Source: a virus (lineage: Duplodnaviria > Heunggongvirae > Uroviricota > Caudoviricetes). Taken from it: DNA of 64,000 nt. The stretch spans positions 25,164 through 89,163 of the IMG/VR virus record IMGVR_UViG_3300021976_000008; one strand, written 5' to 3'. The position numbers were made by a program, and so were the translations under genes. Shown here piece after piece: positions 45,894-54,860 of the stretch (position 1 is its first letter; every line of letters begins with the position of its first letter). Below the pieces are notes generated by a model that saw nothing but the letters and a program-made list of their open reading frames with translations, was not told where the DNA came from and searched no databases.

Positions 45894-46309
45894 CAGCCAA
45901 GGGCGGGGACGGTGACGTCCCCGCCCGCTTCCCTGAGTTCGAAGCTGTGCTGAGCAGGTATGTGAATCGCCTCATGGGCGGCCTGCTGCACCTCGCCATG
46001 TTCGGCGAGTACTACGCCCCGGGCGGTGGACCGAACTGCGGCTACCGCGGCAATGGTCAACCACTAGCGAACCTGCGCGGCCTACCCGTCACCCTAGGCG
46101 TCGCGGGCATGTCGCTTCGGGAGTGGATCGACAAGGGCACTGAGCACATCTGTGGTCAACAGTTCCACTCCTGTCGCTGCGGGGTGGCCGCTGGTACGGA
46201 GCATGATCTTCATGTCTGCAAGTGCGGCGGGAGTTGGCGTGGCGAGCCGGGCAGCGAATGGGTTGTCCAGCTCCCCCATGGGCCATGGGATCTGTGGAGC
46301 AATGACTAA
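45890..46309 (+). CDS. hypothetical Cys-rich protein (139 aa)
   Basis: GTGA coupling. Confidence 0.45.
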   Translation: MTAKGGDGDVPARFPEFEAVLSRYVNRLMGGLLHLAMFGEYYAPGGGPNCGYRGNGQPLANLRGLPVTLGVAGMSLREWIDKGTEHICGQQFHSCRCGVAAGTEHDLHVCKCGGSWRGEPGSEWVVQLPHGPWDLWSND

Positions 46310-47051
46310 GGCGATCGAGACCGCCAAGGCGGCGCTGCGGGCGATGTACCCCGACGTGCCAGACATCGAGGCGATAGCGGAGACAGCGATCGAGGTGGCG
46401 CTCGAAGCCCTCTATCCCACCAAGAGCAGCGTTGTCGCCTGCTACCCATGGCGCACCAACGCTGACCTCATCTACGACGCGTGGCGACTCGGGTATGTGA
46501 CGGGCTTCGTCTACGACGCCACGCCCGGCGCAGGAGGGCTCTGGTCTTCCAGGCTCGGACCAACTCCAACTTCGCAATGCCCTGAGGGCATCGAGCAGAT
46601 CACGCTCAACCTCAACGGCAGCGACTTCCGGCGATTCTCATTCGAGGACAAGTCCTTCGACACGGTCTTCTTCGATCCGCCCTACAAGCTCAACGGCAAC
46701 CCCGATGGACTGTCAGAGCTGAGCAAGCGCTACGGCGTCGACGTGCCCGCAAAGGTCGTCGACCGTCACGTGCTGATGCTCGACGGGCTCGCCGAGTGCA
46801 TCCGCATCTCACGCAAGTACGTACTGGTCAAGTGCCAGGACCAGGTGGCCAACGGTCGCGTCTACTGGCAGACAGAAATGCTGACTCGGTTCACCGAGGA
46901 ATCCAGCGAAGCGACCCTCGTGGACCGCTTCGACATGCTCGGCCACCACATCCCTCAGCCCATGGCGCCGTCAGAGCGCTATCCCAACGGGCGCGAGCAG
47001 CGCCACGCCCATGGCCGACCCTCGACATTGCTGGTCTTTGAAAGGACTTGA
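46302..47051 (+). CDS. DNA methyltransferase (amino-MTase, DPPY motif)
   Basis: VFFDPPYKL catalytic motif IV of N6A/N4C DNA methyltransferases. Confidence 0.7.
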   Translation: MTKAIETAKAALRAMYPDVPDIEAIAETAIEVALEALYPTKSSVVACYPWRTNADLIYDAWRLGYVTGFVYDATPGAGGLWSSRLGPTPTSQCPEGIEQITLNLNGSDFRRFSFEDKSFDTVFFDPPYKLNGNPDGLSELSKRYGVDVPAKVVDRHVLMLDGLAECIRISRKYVLVKCQDQVANGRVYWQTEMLTRFTEESSEATLVDRFDMLGHHIPQPMAPSERYPNGREQRHAHGRPSTLLVFERT

Positions 47052-47368
47052 TGATGGACACAATCGTGATCGTCTTGGTCTTGGCGGGCCTGGCCGTCTT
47101 GTCCGAGTTCCAGCGACGAATGGGCAACAAGCTGCTCGTCGCCATGCTCGACAAGATCCACCTCCTGGTCAACAGCAACCTGACCACAGTGATGCAGTCT
47201 GAGCTGAACTCGCTACAGGGACAACTCATCCTCATGAGGAGGGTGGAAGCGGTGCCCGGAGAAACCGTGGTCGATCCGAGCGTCGAAACAATCGAGGCGC
47301 GGATCAGCGAGCTATCAGCGCAACTGAACGATCGTTACAAGACGGCAGATCGAGAGGCAGCCCAATGA
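47048..47368 (+). CDS. membrane/coiled-coil protein (106 aa)
   Basis: TM IVIVLVLAGLAVL. Confidence 0.45.
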   Translation: MMMDTIVIVLVLAGLAVLSEFQRRMGNKLLVAMLDKIHLLVNSNLTTVMQSELNSLQGQLILMRRVEAVPGETVVDPSVETIEARISELSAQLNDRYKTADREAAQ

Positions 47369-47508
47369 AGCGCAAAGACGACGATCTCGACAACCTCGTG
47401 AACGGCTGCGCGGCGGCGTTCGGCTGTGTTTGGCTGGTGTACGCAGCTCTGATCATCTCCATCGTGGCCGCTGTGTCGGTGATCCTGTGGAGGATCGCGT
47501 TCGGATGA
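47365..47508 (+). CDS. small membrane peptide (47 aa)
   Basis: Coupled ORF with a TM helix. Confidence 0.3.
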   Translation: MKRKDDDLDNLVNGCAAAFGCVWLVYAALIISIVAAVSVILWRIAFG

Positions 47509-47831
47509 GCAAGGGGCTGAACATCAAGTTCAACATCACTGCGCCCGAGGGCATCAAGTTTGAGGACATCAAGGCCAGCCTTGATCACAGCCTGCGGGCG
47601 CCGACCTTCCGATGCGTGTTCTTCGACGGTCCCTTTCATGGCGAGGTCCGATATATCTACGACGGTGAGCCCAAGCAGTACCTCATCCTCGCAGAGCCTC
47701 CAAGGATGGAGGATTGGAACATCGCCGATCGCAACCCGCTGTTGCCCGACCTTCGTGAGCACCACTACCGGCTAGCGAGAACCTTCCGCGAGTTCATGAC
47801 GGTGCTCTACAACTATGACGGTCCGCGTTGA
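47505..47831 (+). CDS. hypothetical protein (108 aa)
   Basis: ATGA coupling. Confidence 0.5.
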   Translation: MSKGLNIKFNITAPEGIKFEDIKASLDHSLRAPTFRCVFFDGPFHGEVRYIYDGEPKQYLILAEPPRMEDWNIADRNPLLPDLREHHYRLARTFREFMTVLYNYDGPR

Positions 47832-48058
47832 TGATGCAGACGTATGAAGGTTTCCGGACACGAGTCTCACTCTCCCTTGAGGAGCAACGACTTGACGTCC
47901 GTCCTGGACAACACGCCTTCATTGCCCTGAACCGAGCACGGCCTGATATCGCCAACCAGATCCGTGGGCGCTACCGGGTCGATCCGTTCTACATAGACGA
48001 GAACCTGCCGGAGTTCTGGGCCGCTGTCGAGAAGCTATGGGGATCTGATGTCTCCTGA
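47828..48058 (+). CDS. hypothetical protein (76 aa)
   Basis: Coupled. Confidence 0.45.
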   Translation: MMMQTYEGFRTRVSLSLEEQRLDVRPGQHAFIALNRARPDIANQIRGRYRVDPFYIDENLPEFWAAVEKLWGSDVS

Positions 48059-48072
48059 GAGGAACCTAATCA

Positions 48073-48372
48073 ATGGCTGTTGATTACGATGTTGATGCTG
48101 CGAGGATCACGCTTTGGCGCGATCATCACCGCGCCCGGTCTCGCGTGCATAAGAAACGAGCAACAATGATGAACGCCGAATCAACACGCTGGAAGGAGGA
48201 CCAAAGAGAGATTGAACACAGGTTGGACCAACTACATGAACGCGCAGGTAACGAATGTTCGGCGCTCAAGTCAACACTCAAAGAGCTTGACTCGTTGTAT
48301 ATTGAATATTGGCGTCTATTCTATGAGGGTTCCCAAAAGTTCCCAGACGGGAAGTGGAATGACACCCCGTGA
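48073..48372 (+). CDS. hypothetical protein (99 aa) in a low-GC patch
   Basis: Local GC about 48-50% against 66% background. Confidence 0.45.
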   Translation: MAVDYDVDAARITLWRDHHRARSRVHKKRATMMNAESTRWKEDQREIEHRLDQLHERAGNECSALKSTLKELDSLYIEYWRLFYEGSQKFPDGKWNDTP

Positions 48373-50116
48373 GCTTGCACAAGACCTGATGGCTCGTGGC
48401 GCAGCGGTGCTACCGCTGCGCTCCGACAAGAGCCCGGTGACACACCTCGTGCATGATGGATTCCATGACGCTTCGAGCGATACCCGGGATCTGTGGTGGT
48501 TCGAGCACGAGGACACCGAGATGGTCGGGCTCGTCCCTGGCAGCTTGGGGCTCATTGTCCTCGACGTCGACACCAAGGGAGAGAGGAGTGGGATCGATGA
48601 ATTGAACGAGATCGCTCCGGGCTGGGGTCACAACGACGCCTGGGGGGCGGTAGTCGGAACGCCATCTTACGGTCGGCCGTATGGACGGCCGACCGGCTAT
48701 CACGCCTATCTTGCCAAGCCGATCACAGCCGAACACATCGGCAACCATGATCTATGCCCCGGCGTGAACGTGCGCAGCGACGCCGGCTACGTCGTCGCTC
48801 CCGGCAACATGGCCTATGAGTTCACCCATGGCGACCTCACGGGGTGTCTCCTCGCCCCTGACTGGGTCATGGAGCGGCTGCGGGCAGCAGCGAAGGCCGA
48901 GGCTGAGGTGTCGCTCGACGACCCGTATGACATCCCTGACGCCCGCATGGAGGCAGTGCACGAGTGGCACCCGAAGGTGACCGCGGCATTCAGCAGCTTC
49001 GACCCCCAGGGGGACCGTCACACGTCCATGACTGTCGCTGTAGCCGCCTTGTGCAACCACGAGTTGCTCGGCTATCCCGGGGCGACGCGAGCACTGTTCA
49101 TCCTCGAAGAGAACTTCACGAAGGCAGTAAGGGATCGCTCCGACGAATGGGCAGCGAGGCGGGAGTTCCGGCGAGCCCTCGATGGGGGTCGGGCTCGGGT
49201 GCGGAGCACCGTAAGCATCGGGCTCGAAGAGCGGGACAAGGATCGTCAGTTCGTGGAGCAGATCATCCTCGAACACGGCGGTAGCCAGGAGGACGTCGAG
49301 AAGGTGCTGAGTCAGCACCCGTCGCATCTGCGCATGTTCACGATGCGAGAGCTGATGGCGTCGGACCTCACGTTGAACTGGCTGGTGCGCAACGTCATGG
49401 TCGTGCCGACCTATGGCCAGATAGCCGGCGAGAAGAAGACGCTCAAGACCTATTTGTCGCAGTACCTGGCGGTGGCGGTGGCGACCGGCGAGCCCTTCCT
49501 GCGTCAATTCCCGGTGGAGAAGCAGGGCAACGTGGTCATGTTCGTCGGCGAGGGCGGCAAGATCCCCTGGACGAGGCGCATGCCTCGCATCGCCGAGTCC
49601 GTCGGCATCCGTGACATCGGTGATGCGCCGATACACGCGGTGTTCCAGACAGCACCGCTGCTATCGCCGGCCTTCAAGGGGACGGTGGAGACGGCGATAG
49701 AGCAGCTCGACCCGGTGCTCACGATCATCGACCCGTTCTACGCCTATCACGGGTCCGAGACGAACTCGGCGAACATACATGAGGAGGGTGCCCTGCTGAC
49801 CGCGGTAGCCGCTCCGTTCATCGAGCATGGAAGTAATTTACTGATAGTAAATCACTTCAAGAAGGGCTCGGAGTCGAGGGGGATCAACCGCATCACGATG
49901 GCGGGCTCGGGTGAGTGGGTCGACTCCTGGATCTTCACCGAGGAGAGGGAGTCGGCTGACCTCAACAGTGGCGACTTCTACATCGCTGCGGAGTTCGGCT
50001 CCCGCCAGTGGGGCGGGAGCCGCTGGGAGATCGACTTCAACATCGGGGTGCAGAACGCCATGGGGGAAGAGCCAGACTCTCCGATCCACTTCGAGCTACG
50101 GAGGAGCTACTCGTGA
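48359..50116 (+). CDS. bifunctional DNA primase/polymerase (Prim-Pol N-domain) with C-terminal RecA/RepA-like NTPase region
   Basis: Prim-Pol-like N-terminus (AAVLPLRSDKSP...LIVLDVDTK...YHAYL...GYVVAPG); C-terminal P-loop-like segment. Confidence 0.65.
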   Translation: MTPRELAQDLMARGAAVLPLRSDKSPVTHLVHDGFHDASSDTRDLWWFEHEDTEMVGLVPGSLGLIVLDVDTKGERSGIDELNEIAPGWGHNDAWGAVVGTPSYGRPYGRPTGYHAYLAKPITAEHIGNHDLCPGVNVRSDAGYVVAPGNMAYEFTHGDLTGCLLAPDWVMERLRAAAKAEAEVSLDDPYDIPDARMEAVHEWHPKVTAAFSSFDPQGDRHTSMTVAVAALCNHELLGYPGATRALFILEENFTKAVRDRSDEWAARREFRRALDGGRARVRSTVSIGLEERDKDRQFVEQIILEHGGSQEDVEKVLSQHPSHLRMFTMRELMASDLTLNWLVRNVMVVPTYGQIAGEKKTLKTYLSQYLAVAVATGEPFLRQFPVEKQGNVVMFVGEGGKIPWTRRMPRIAESVGIRDIGDAPIHAVFQTAPLLSPAFKGTVETAIEQLDPVLTIIDPFYAYHGSETNSANIHEEGALLTAVAAPFIEHGSNLLIVNHFKKGSESRGINRITMAGSGEWVDSWIFTEERESADLNSGDFYIAAEFGSRQWGGSRWEIDFNIGVQNAMGEEPDSPIHFELRRSYS

Positions 50117-50268
50117 ACGTCTTCCGTCTCTGGCTACGTCGTCGGCGTCAGCGACGCTGCCTGCATGCCTGGCGGCCAGATCCACCCGGCTGGTGCTGTA
50201 TGTGGTGTGACGCTCCCGCACCTCCGGGCCACGGCGGCATGTTCAGCTACGAAGGTGAGGGGCAGTGA
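50113..50268 (+). CDS. hypothetical protein (51 aa)
   Basis: GTGA coupling. Confidence 0.3.
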   Translation: MNVFRLWLRRRRQRRCLHAWRPDPPGWCCMWCDAPAPPGHGGMFSYEGEGQ

Positions 50269-50843
50269 AGAAGATCCCGACGCTCTTCAAGCGCGACCCC
50301 GACGACATGCGTCGCCTGTTACCCGAGGTCACTCCCGGCTGCGAGTGGGTGCTAGCCGGCGAAGGCATAGCGACTCGCAAGTACGACGGAGTCTGTGTCC
50401 GGCTGACGGCGGATGCTCAGTGGTGGGCTCGGCGAGAGGTGAAGCCCGGGAAGGAAGCGCCGACTGCGTTTGTAGAGGTCGACTACGACCCGGTGACCGA
50501 CAAGCGATACGGCTGGGAGCCGATCGAGCAGACCGGCTGGGGCAAGTTCCTGGCCGAGGCGGACTTTGACGTCGAGTCGCTTCTAGACGCCGGCACCTTC
50601 GAGCTGTGCGGCCCGAAGATCAACGGCAACCCTGAGCACTATGAGACGCATCGACTGGTGCGCCACGCCAGCGCACAAGTCGCCCCTGACGCGGAGCTGC
50701 GTCTATCCGGCGTCTCCATCGAGCAGGCGTACGAACGACTCAAGCCCTGGATTCTCGACCTGGGTCAATACGGCTGGGAAGGCGTGGTCTGGCATCACCC
50801 CGACGGGCGCATGGCCAAGCTCAAGGCACGGGACTTCGTGTGA
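50265..50843 (+). CDS. minimal ATP-dependent ligase-like nucleotidyltransferase (RNA/DNA ligase KxDG family), 192 aa
   Basis: Motif I TRKYDGVCVRL (KxDG), motif IV-like WEGVVWH, motif V-like KLKARDF. Confidence 0.45.
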   Translation: MKKIPTLFKRDPDDMRRLLPEVTPGCEWVLAGEGIATRKYDGVCVRLTADAQWWARREVKPGKEAPTAFVEVDYDPVTDKRYGWEPIEQTGWGKFLAEADFDVESLLDAGTFELCGPKINGNPEHYETHRLVRHASAQVAPDAELRLSGVSIEQAYERLKPWILDLGQYGWEGVVWHHPDGRMAKLKARDFV

Positions 50844-51031
50844 TGAAGGCCTACCTCATGCCGGGAGCTGACCTTCGTCTCATTCGGGAGGGCCTTTGCC
50901 CTCATGGACATGGCCCGCTTGAGCGCCGCGACGACTATGGCTGGTGTGCAGAGTGCAGTGCCGGCTGGTCGATAACTGCCAGCACGTTCGCTGTTCACTT
51001 CGAGTTCGAGTTCCGGCAAAGCCACGCATGA
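50840..51031 (+). CDS. zinc-finger protein (63 aa)
   Basis: CPHGHG...CAEC. Confidence 0.4.
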   Translation: MMKAYLMPGADLRLIREGLCPHGHGPLERRDDYGWCAECSAGWSITASTFAVHFEFEFRQSHA

Positions 51032-51357
51032 TGAAATACGAATCGCCCGAGGAAGTCGCGGGGGTGGTGGAGCGCGTCCGTATGTGCATGGCCGAAGCCG
51101 GCTATGTGGACCACGTAGATGGGCGTATCGACGTAGTTGAACACGACGACGGCTTCTATGAGATTCGTTGGTGGTGGTTCGTTGATGAGCGTCGACCACC
51201 AGCCGAGACCCTTTGGCGAGCACGTGAGCTGTCGAGTGTCGGTGAGCCGGCATGCTTCAAGCATTACGAGGAGGAGTGCTACGAAAACTACGACACAGGG
51301 CGAGGGCTTTACCCATGCCAGGCCAGTAGCCGCCTGGTCAAGGATTGCAAGGAGTGA
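51028..51357 (+). CDS. hypothetical protein (109 aa)
   Basis: Coupled. Confidence 0.45.
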   Translation: MMKYESPEEVAGVVERVRMCMAEAGYVDHVDGRIDVVEHDDGFYEIRWWWFVDERRPPAETLWRARELSSVGEPACFKHYEEECYENYDTGRGLYPCQASSRLVKDCKE

Positions 51358-51674
51358 TGAATTTGCCGGCGGCCTGTCCAGCGCTGGGCTACGGCTCTTA
51401 CATGTGTCCGTCGTACTCGCACACCTTCATCATCACGGACTGCTGGTACTGCGAGAGCCTGCTGCCCGAGGTGATGCGGAAGATGGAGGAGTTGAAGGAT
51501 AGGCAACCGGGGCGGTTCCCGAACCTGCGCGAACTCATACACCCGGCGAACCTCATATACGACGATGCCTACCTAGAGGTCTTTGATGTCGCGGTCAGCA
51601 ACACGATCGGACTCTGTCCTCGCTGTCTCGCGAGGTTGAGCAGAGTTCGCCCTAGTTCTCCTGGCTATCGGTGA
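51357..51674 (+). CDS. Cys-rich protein (105 aa)
   Basis: CPALG..CPSYSH..CWYCE..CPRC. Confidence 0.45.
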   Translation: MNLPAACPALGYGSYMCPSYSHTFIITDCWYCESLLPEVMRKMEELKDRQPGRFPNLRELIHPANLIYDDAYLEVFDVAVSNTIGLCPRCLARLSRVRPSSPGYR

Positions 51675-51704
51675 TGCAAGCGGCTACTTCGACTTTCAAT
51701 GCAG

Positions 51705-51729
51705 CCAGGTCGCCTCTAGGGCGACCTGG
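51705..51729 (+). terminator. terminator hairpin CCAGGTCGCC-TCTAG-GGCGACCTGG
   Basis: Perfect 10-bp stem 30 nt after the stop of the upstream gene. Confidence 0.55.
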
Positions 51730-52130
51730 CTCTATGACCTCACCGGTGGCGGGCGCCAGAGCCTCCCGCGGAGGCGACCGCCTTCTATGCTTCTTCAGAG
51801 ATCTCTGTAAACCCCGCCCTGGGGAGGCCCACCGAACCTTTTACCGAATGAATCGCAGTTTCCTGCGAGGCTTCGGAGAGCTGTCCTCGCTCGGCCTGTC
51901 GTCCTTTTGCTTCGGCCTCGAAGAGCACTCGTTGCTCTCCAAGGCCGCGACGACTAATGCCCCTCTGACGGGCGAAGCGACCTCGGGTGGCCAAGCCTCT
52001 GAGGTCCGCATGACCGTTCCCCGACCGTTCGGGAAACTCTGCTTGTCCCTGACTTCAACCAGTACTCTACCCAACATATGCCCAGATAATACATCATTGT
52101 TATTACAACCGTGTAACTTCCGTGTTGCAA

Positions 52131-52361
52131 ATGAATGACACTTGTCGGCTTTGCAGAAAGAGTGAGGCGAAGTGGCTCGTCCTCGACGAGAAGCAGCACG
52201 TCTACTGGGAGGTGTATCTCACTCCCCGGCTGGTGCTCGACCTGAAACGTAGGACTCAGCAGGACGCCTACGTCGTATGCAGGCAATGCAGGAAGCAGAT
52301 CGAACGCTACAACTCTCGATCCAAGTGGCCCAGAGGACTGAAATTCCTACCTTGGAGCTGA
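52131..52361 (+). CDS. zinc-finger protein (76 aa) preceded by an AT-rich promoter-like region
   Basis: CRLCRK...CRQCRK. Confidence 0.4.
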   Translation: MNDTCRLCRKSEAKWLVLDEKQHVYWEVYLTPRLVLDLKRRTQQDAYVVCRQCRKQIERYNSRSKWPRGLKFLPWS

Positions 52362-52364
52362 CCT

Positions 52365-52946
52365 ATGCACAGCCAAGCCCCCCGCCCTCGGCTCATCGCC
52401 AAGAGGATGATCTCGACCTGTGAGAAGTTGATGAACGGTGGCGACACCGCACTGAGGGTCGCGAGGGAGCAGCAGTCCCCCCTCCGGGCTCGGAACTACA
52501 GCTCCGACCGTGCCCATGGCCGGAACCAGAACGAGGACCACGAGGAAGACCCTGGCTACAACGATCAGACTGGCGCGGTGGCCTGCGCCAGGGCCACTCG
52601 TAAGGGCACGTCCTACGACTCCTTCGTGCGGGCGCTGCGTGGCCTCGACCTCAGCCTCACCAAAGTCGATGGCGTCTACGAGGACATCATGGGCAAAGCG
52701 AGGCGTCACGAGGCGCAGCGCAAGCTCAGAGAGGAGGGGCAGGTTGCCGGTTCTGGGCGTTGCGTGGCCTGTCATGAGTGGATGCCAGGTGGCGAGGACC
52801 GAGCCAATCGGATCGTGAATGGGTTCTGTCCTGGGCATAACAAGGGATGGGACCGGGCCAAGCGAGGCGGTGAGATCAGGTCCGACTACATCGCTCGGGT
52901 GAGGCGGAATCGGGGCGTAGACTTGGAGGATGCCGATGAGTCGTGA
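52365..52946 (+). CDS. hypothetical basic protein (193 aa) with C-terminal CxxC
   Basis: Protein-like ORF; antisense ORF rejected. Confidence 0.45.
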   Translation: MHSQAPRPRLIAKRMISTCEKLMNGGDTALRVAREQQSPLRARNYSSDRAHGRNQNEDHEEDPGYNDQTGAVACARATRKGTSYDSFVRALRGLDLSLTKVDGVYEDIMGKARRHEAQRKLREEGQVAGSGRCVACHEWMPGGEDRANRIVNGFCPGHNKGWDRAKRGGEIRSDYIARVRRNRGVDLEDADES

Positions 52947-53319
52947 CCGACACACCTGCCCTCGTCGCATGCAGGAGATGGGACCCTGGGATCGCGAGGA
53001 GAACCTTGATCGCTGGTCAAAGCGCAGCGGTCTTGTCAAGTCCAAGGAGCCGGCGTGCACCTTCTGTGGCTCGATGCAGCCGGATCGATTCATGCACCTG
53101 ATCGAGCACGGCTACGAGCTGGGCACGACCGTTAAGGACTACAAGGCGTACTTGCATAACCCCACCGGAGGAACGGTTGGCAAGTTCTACTACCAGCACT
53201 TGGATGAAGAGCAGAAGCTTCGCTTCATCCATTTGCTGAACAGCCGAGAGGTGAACATCGGAGTGCCCGGCTACTTCCCTGTGCTCCCCTTCTTCTGTCG
53301 ACCGAACCCAGCGGGGTGA
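52930..53319 (+). CDS. hypothetical protein (129 aa)
   Basis: Coupled ORF. Confidence 0.45.
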   Translation: MPMSRDRHTCPRRMQEMGPWDREENLDRWSKRSGLVKSKEPACTFCGSMQPDRFMHLIEHGYELGTTVKDYKAYLHNPTGGTVGKFYYQHLDEEQKLRFIHLLNSREVNIGVPGYFPVLPFFCRPNPAG

Positions 53320-53326
53320 CAATCCA

Positions 53327-53569
53327 GTGAGTGAAGTGCAACGTCCGACAGTGCGTGCGTTCCCTAATGGGGAAGACGAGGACCACTGGCGATACGACAT
53401 CTTCCTGCACGATGAGGACCGCTGGACTGGGATGGTGATCGCCTCTGAGGCACGGCTACTGCTCCGGTCCAAGGGTCTCAACAAGAAGCAGGTGATTCAG
53501 AGGTTACAGGGCGCTCGACGCCGCTATGCCGGCAAGGTCAACGGTACGTGGAAGGGTGACCGGAGGTAA
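53327..53569 (+). CDS. hypothetical protein (80 aa)
   Basis: GTG start. Confidence 0.4.
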   Translation: MSEVQRPTVRAFPNGEDEDHWRYDIFLHDEDRWTGMVIASEARLLLRSKGLNKKQVIQRLQGARRRYAGKVNGTWKGDRR

Positions 53570-53919
53570 TGGCGCGACCCAAGTCCATTGATGTCCGTCG
53601 ACTAGCGGTCGAGCTGCACCAGAAGCGTGGCCATCCTGCTGAGTACGACGGTCCATGTTGGGGTCCGACGCCGGCTGATTTTGCTGAGGCTCGACGGCAC
53701 GTGGAGGAAGACCCCCAAGCCACCTCCGAGGTCCCCTCGAAGGGCCATACGGGTTCGCCACATGAACCCCTATGGGGGGTCGCTGGGATCTCGGGATTTC
53801 GTGGGGCCGGATTTGAAAAGACCGTATGGGGGGTCGGCTACGCCCCAGGAAAGGGTATGGGGGTGTTTTCAAATTCTCGGATTTCTCTGGGACGGATTTC
53901 GGATTTGTCATGCACATAG
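53569..53919 (+). CDS. hypothetical protein; the 3' half runs through a DNA repeat region so the true stop is uncertain
   Basis: N-terminal 60 aa protein-like; C-terminal part encoded by TATGGGGGGTCG / GGATTTC repeats. Confidence 0.3.
   Translation: MARPKSIDVRRLAVELHQKRGHPAEYDGPCWGPTPADFAEARRHVEEDPQATSEVPSKGHTGSPHEPLWGVAGISGFRGAGFEKTVWGVGYAPGKGMGVFSNSRISLGRISDLSCT
53750..53910. repeat. short direct repeats (TATGGGGGGTCG x2-3, GGATTTC x4) upstream of the SLOG gene
   Basis: cccctatggggggtcgctgggatctcgggatttcgtggggccggatttgaaaagaccgtatggggggtcgg... Confidence 0.5.
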
Positions 53920-54278
53920 TGACGACCGGACCGCGCGACTGTCGCAACAGCGAGGTGATTCGGTTGCTAATGGTCCACCTGCGCGAGGCGATCGGGCCTG
54001 ACCTCCTAGTCATCCAGGGTGGGGCTCGTGGCTCTGATCGACACGTCAAGGAGGCATGTAGAGCCCTTGGCGTGGTATGTGAGACGGAGTGGGCCAACTG
54101 GACTGGCCCCTGCGATATCGAGGGAGGCTGGTGCCGCCCCTTCCATCGACGCCGGCGCGCTGATGGCACCGAATACTGCCCTGCAGCTGGCCCCCGACGC
54201 AACGCCATGATGCTCTACAAGTGGGAGCCGGCGCTTGTCATCGCCCTCTATCGGAGACCAGGGGCACCAAGGACATGA
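53910..54278 (+). CDS. DUF2493/YspA-type SLOG domain protein
   Basis: IVTTGPRDC...LLVIQGGARGSDRHVKEACRALG pattern typical of DprA/LOG-like SLOG proteins common in actinophages. Confidence 0.55.
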   Translation: MHIVTTGPRDCRNSEVIRLLMVHLREAIGPDLLVIQGGARGSDRHVKEACRALGVVCETEWANWTGPCDIEGGWCRPFHRRRRADGTEYCPAAGPRRNAMMLYKWEPALVIALYRRPGAPRT

Positions 54279-54388
54279 TCGAGCGAGCAGAGAGGGCCGG
54301 TTGTATGTACGTCGAGGTCGACGTGCGCTTCGGGCTGGGCAGGGCCGTCGCTGCTGTCGAGTCGAAGCTTGCCGAGCTGGCCGCTTGA
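54275..54388 (+). CDS. hypothetical peptide (37 aa)
   Basis: ATGA-coupled short ORF. Confidence 0.25.
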   Translation: MIERAERAGCMYVEVDVRFGLGRAVAAVESKLAELAA

Positions 54389-54409
54389 ACTTTGCCTAGC
54401 CTCTCTCCC

Positions 54410-54520
54410 CTAGGTATTTTTTTTTTCTATTATGTATTATATATATATATATATATAAAGTAGGGACGATATCGGCCCTATATCGGCCTCGATCCTCGGT
54501 TTTTTTTTTCGGGGTACAGG
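54410..54520. repeat. AT-rich tract: T10, (AT)9 microsatellite, ATATCGGCC direct repeat, T10
   Basis: ttttttttttctattatgtattatatatatatatatataaagtagggacgatatcggccctatatcggcc...tttttttttt. Confidence 0.8.
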
Positions 54521-54527
54521 TGTTCGT

Positions 54528-54640
54528 ACGAACAGACGTTGGGGGTACGGGCGTTCGCCCCGAACAGGTGCGCGGGGAACGGGCGTTCGCAGGCGAACAC
54601 GTGCGCGCACGTACAGACGTTCGTACCGATCGGCCGATAG
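54528..54640. repeat. cluster of four palindromes with GTTCG...CGAAC arms (GTTCGTACGAAC, GTTCGCCCCGAAC, GTTCGCAGGCGAAC, GTTCGTACCGATCGG)
   Basis: Read directly from sequence. Confidence 0.7.
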
Positions 54641-54799
54641 CGCTCTAGGCGCGCACTCCGCCGCTCTACGTGGGAGACCCGGAAATCGGCGCCGATAGAT
54701 GCCCTGGTCAAGGCTCTTGACAAGTCGCGATTCGTCCCAGATCTCCCGCGAGGGTCGCCCATGGGTGCTAGGTGCTGCCAGCACTTCAAATGGAGTAGG

Positions 54800-54860
54800 C
54801 GACCCTCTAGACCCCAATGGGAGCACGTCAGTCGGTAGACCCCAATGGGTGGACTAGACC
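54800..54860. repeat. direct repeat TAGACCCCAATGGG x2 plus CTAGACC motifs
   Basis: ctctagaccccaatgggagcacgtcagtcggtagaccccaatgggtggactagacc. Confidence 0.6.

Noticed and set aside
52347-53093. 248-aa minus-strand ORF
   Set aside because: Antisense shadow of two well-formed plus-strand genes (52365-52946, 52930-53319) in a uniformly rightward block.
53504-54208. 234-aa minus-strand ORF
   Set aside because: Pro/Arg-rich antisense ORF spanning the plus-strand genes and the repeat region; no start context.
54528-54640. CRISPR array
   Set aside because: The palindromes differ in sequence and spacing and there are no regularly spaced identical direct repeats; no cas genes are present.
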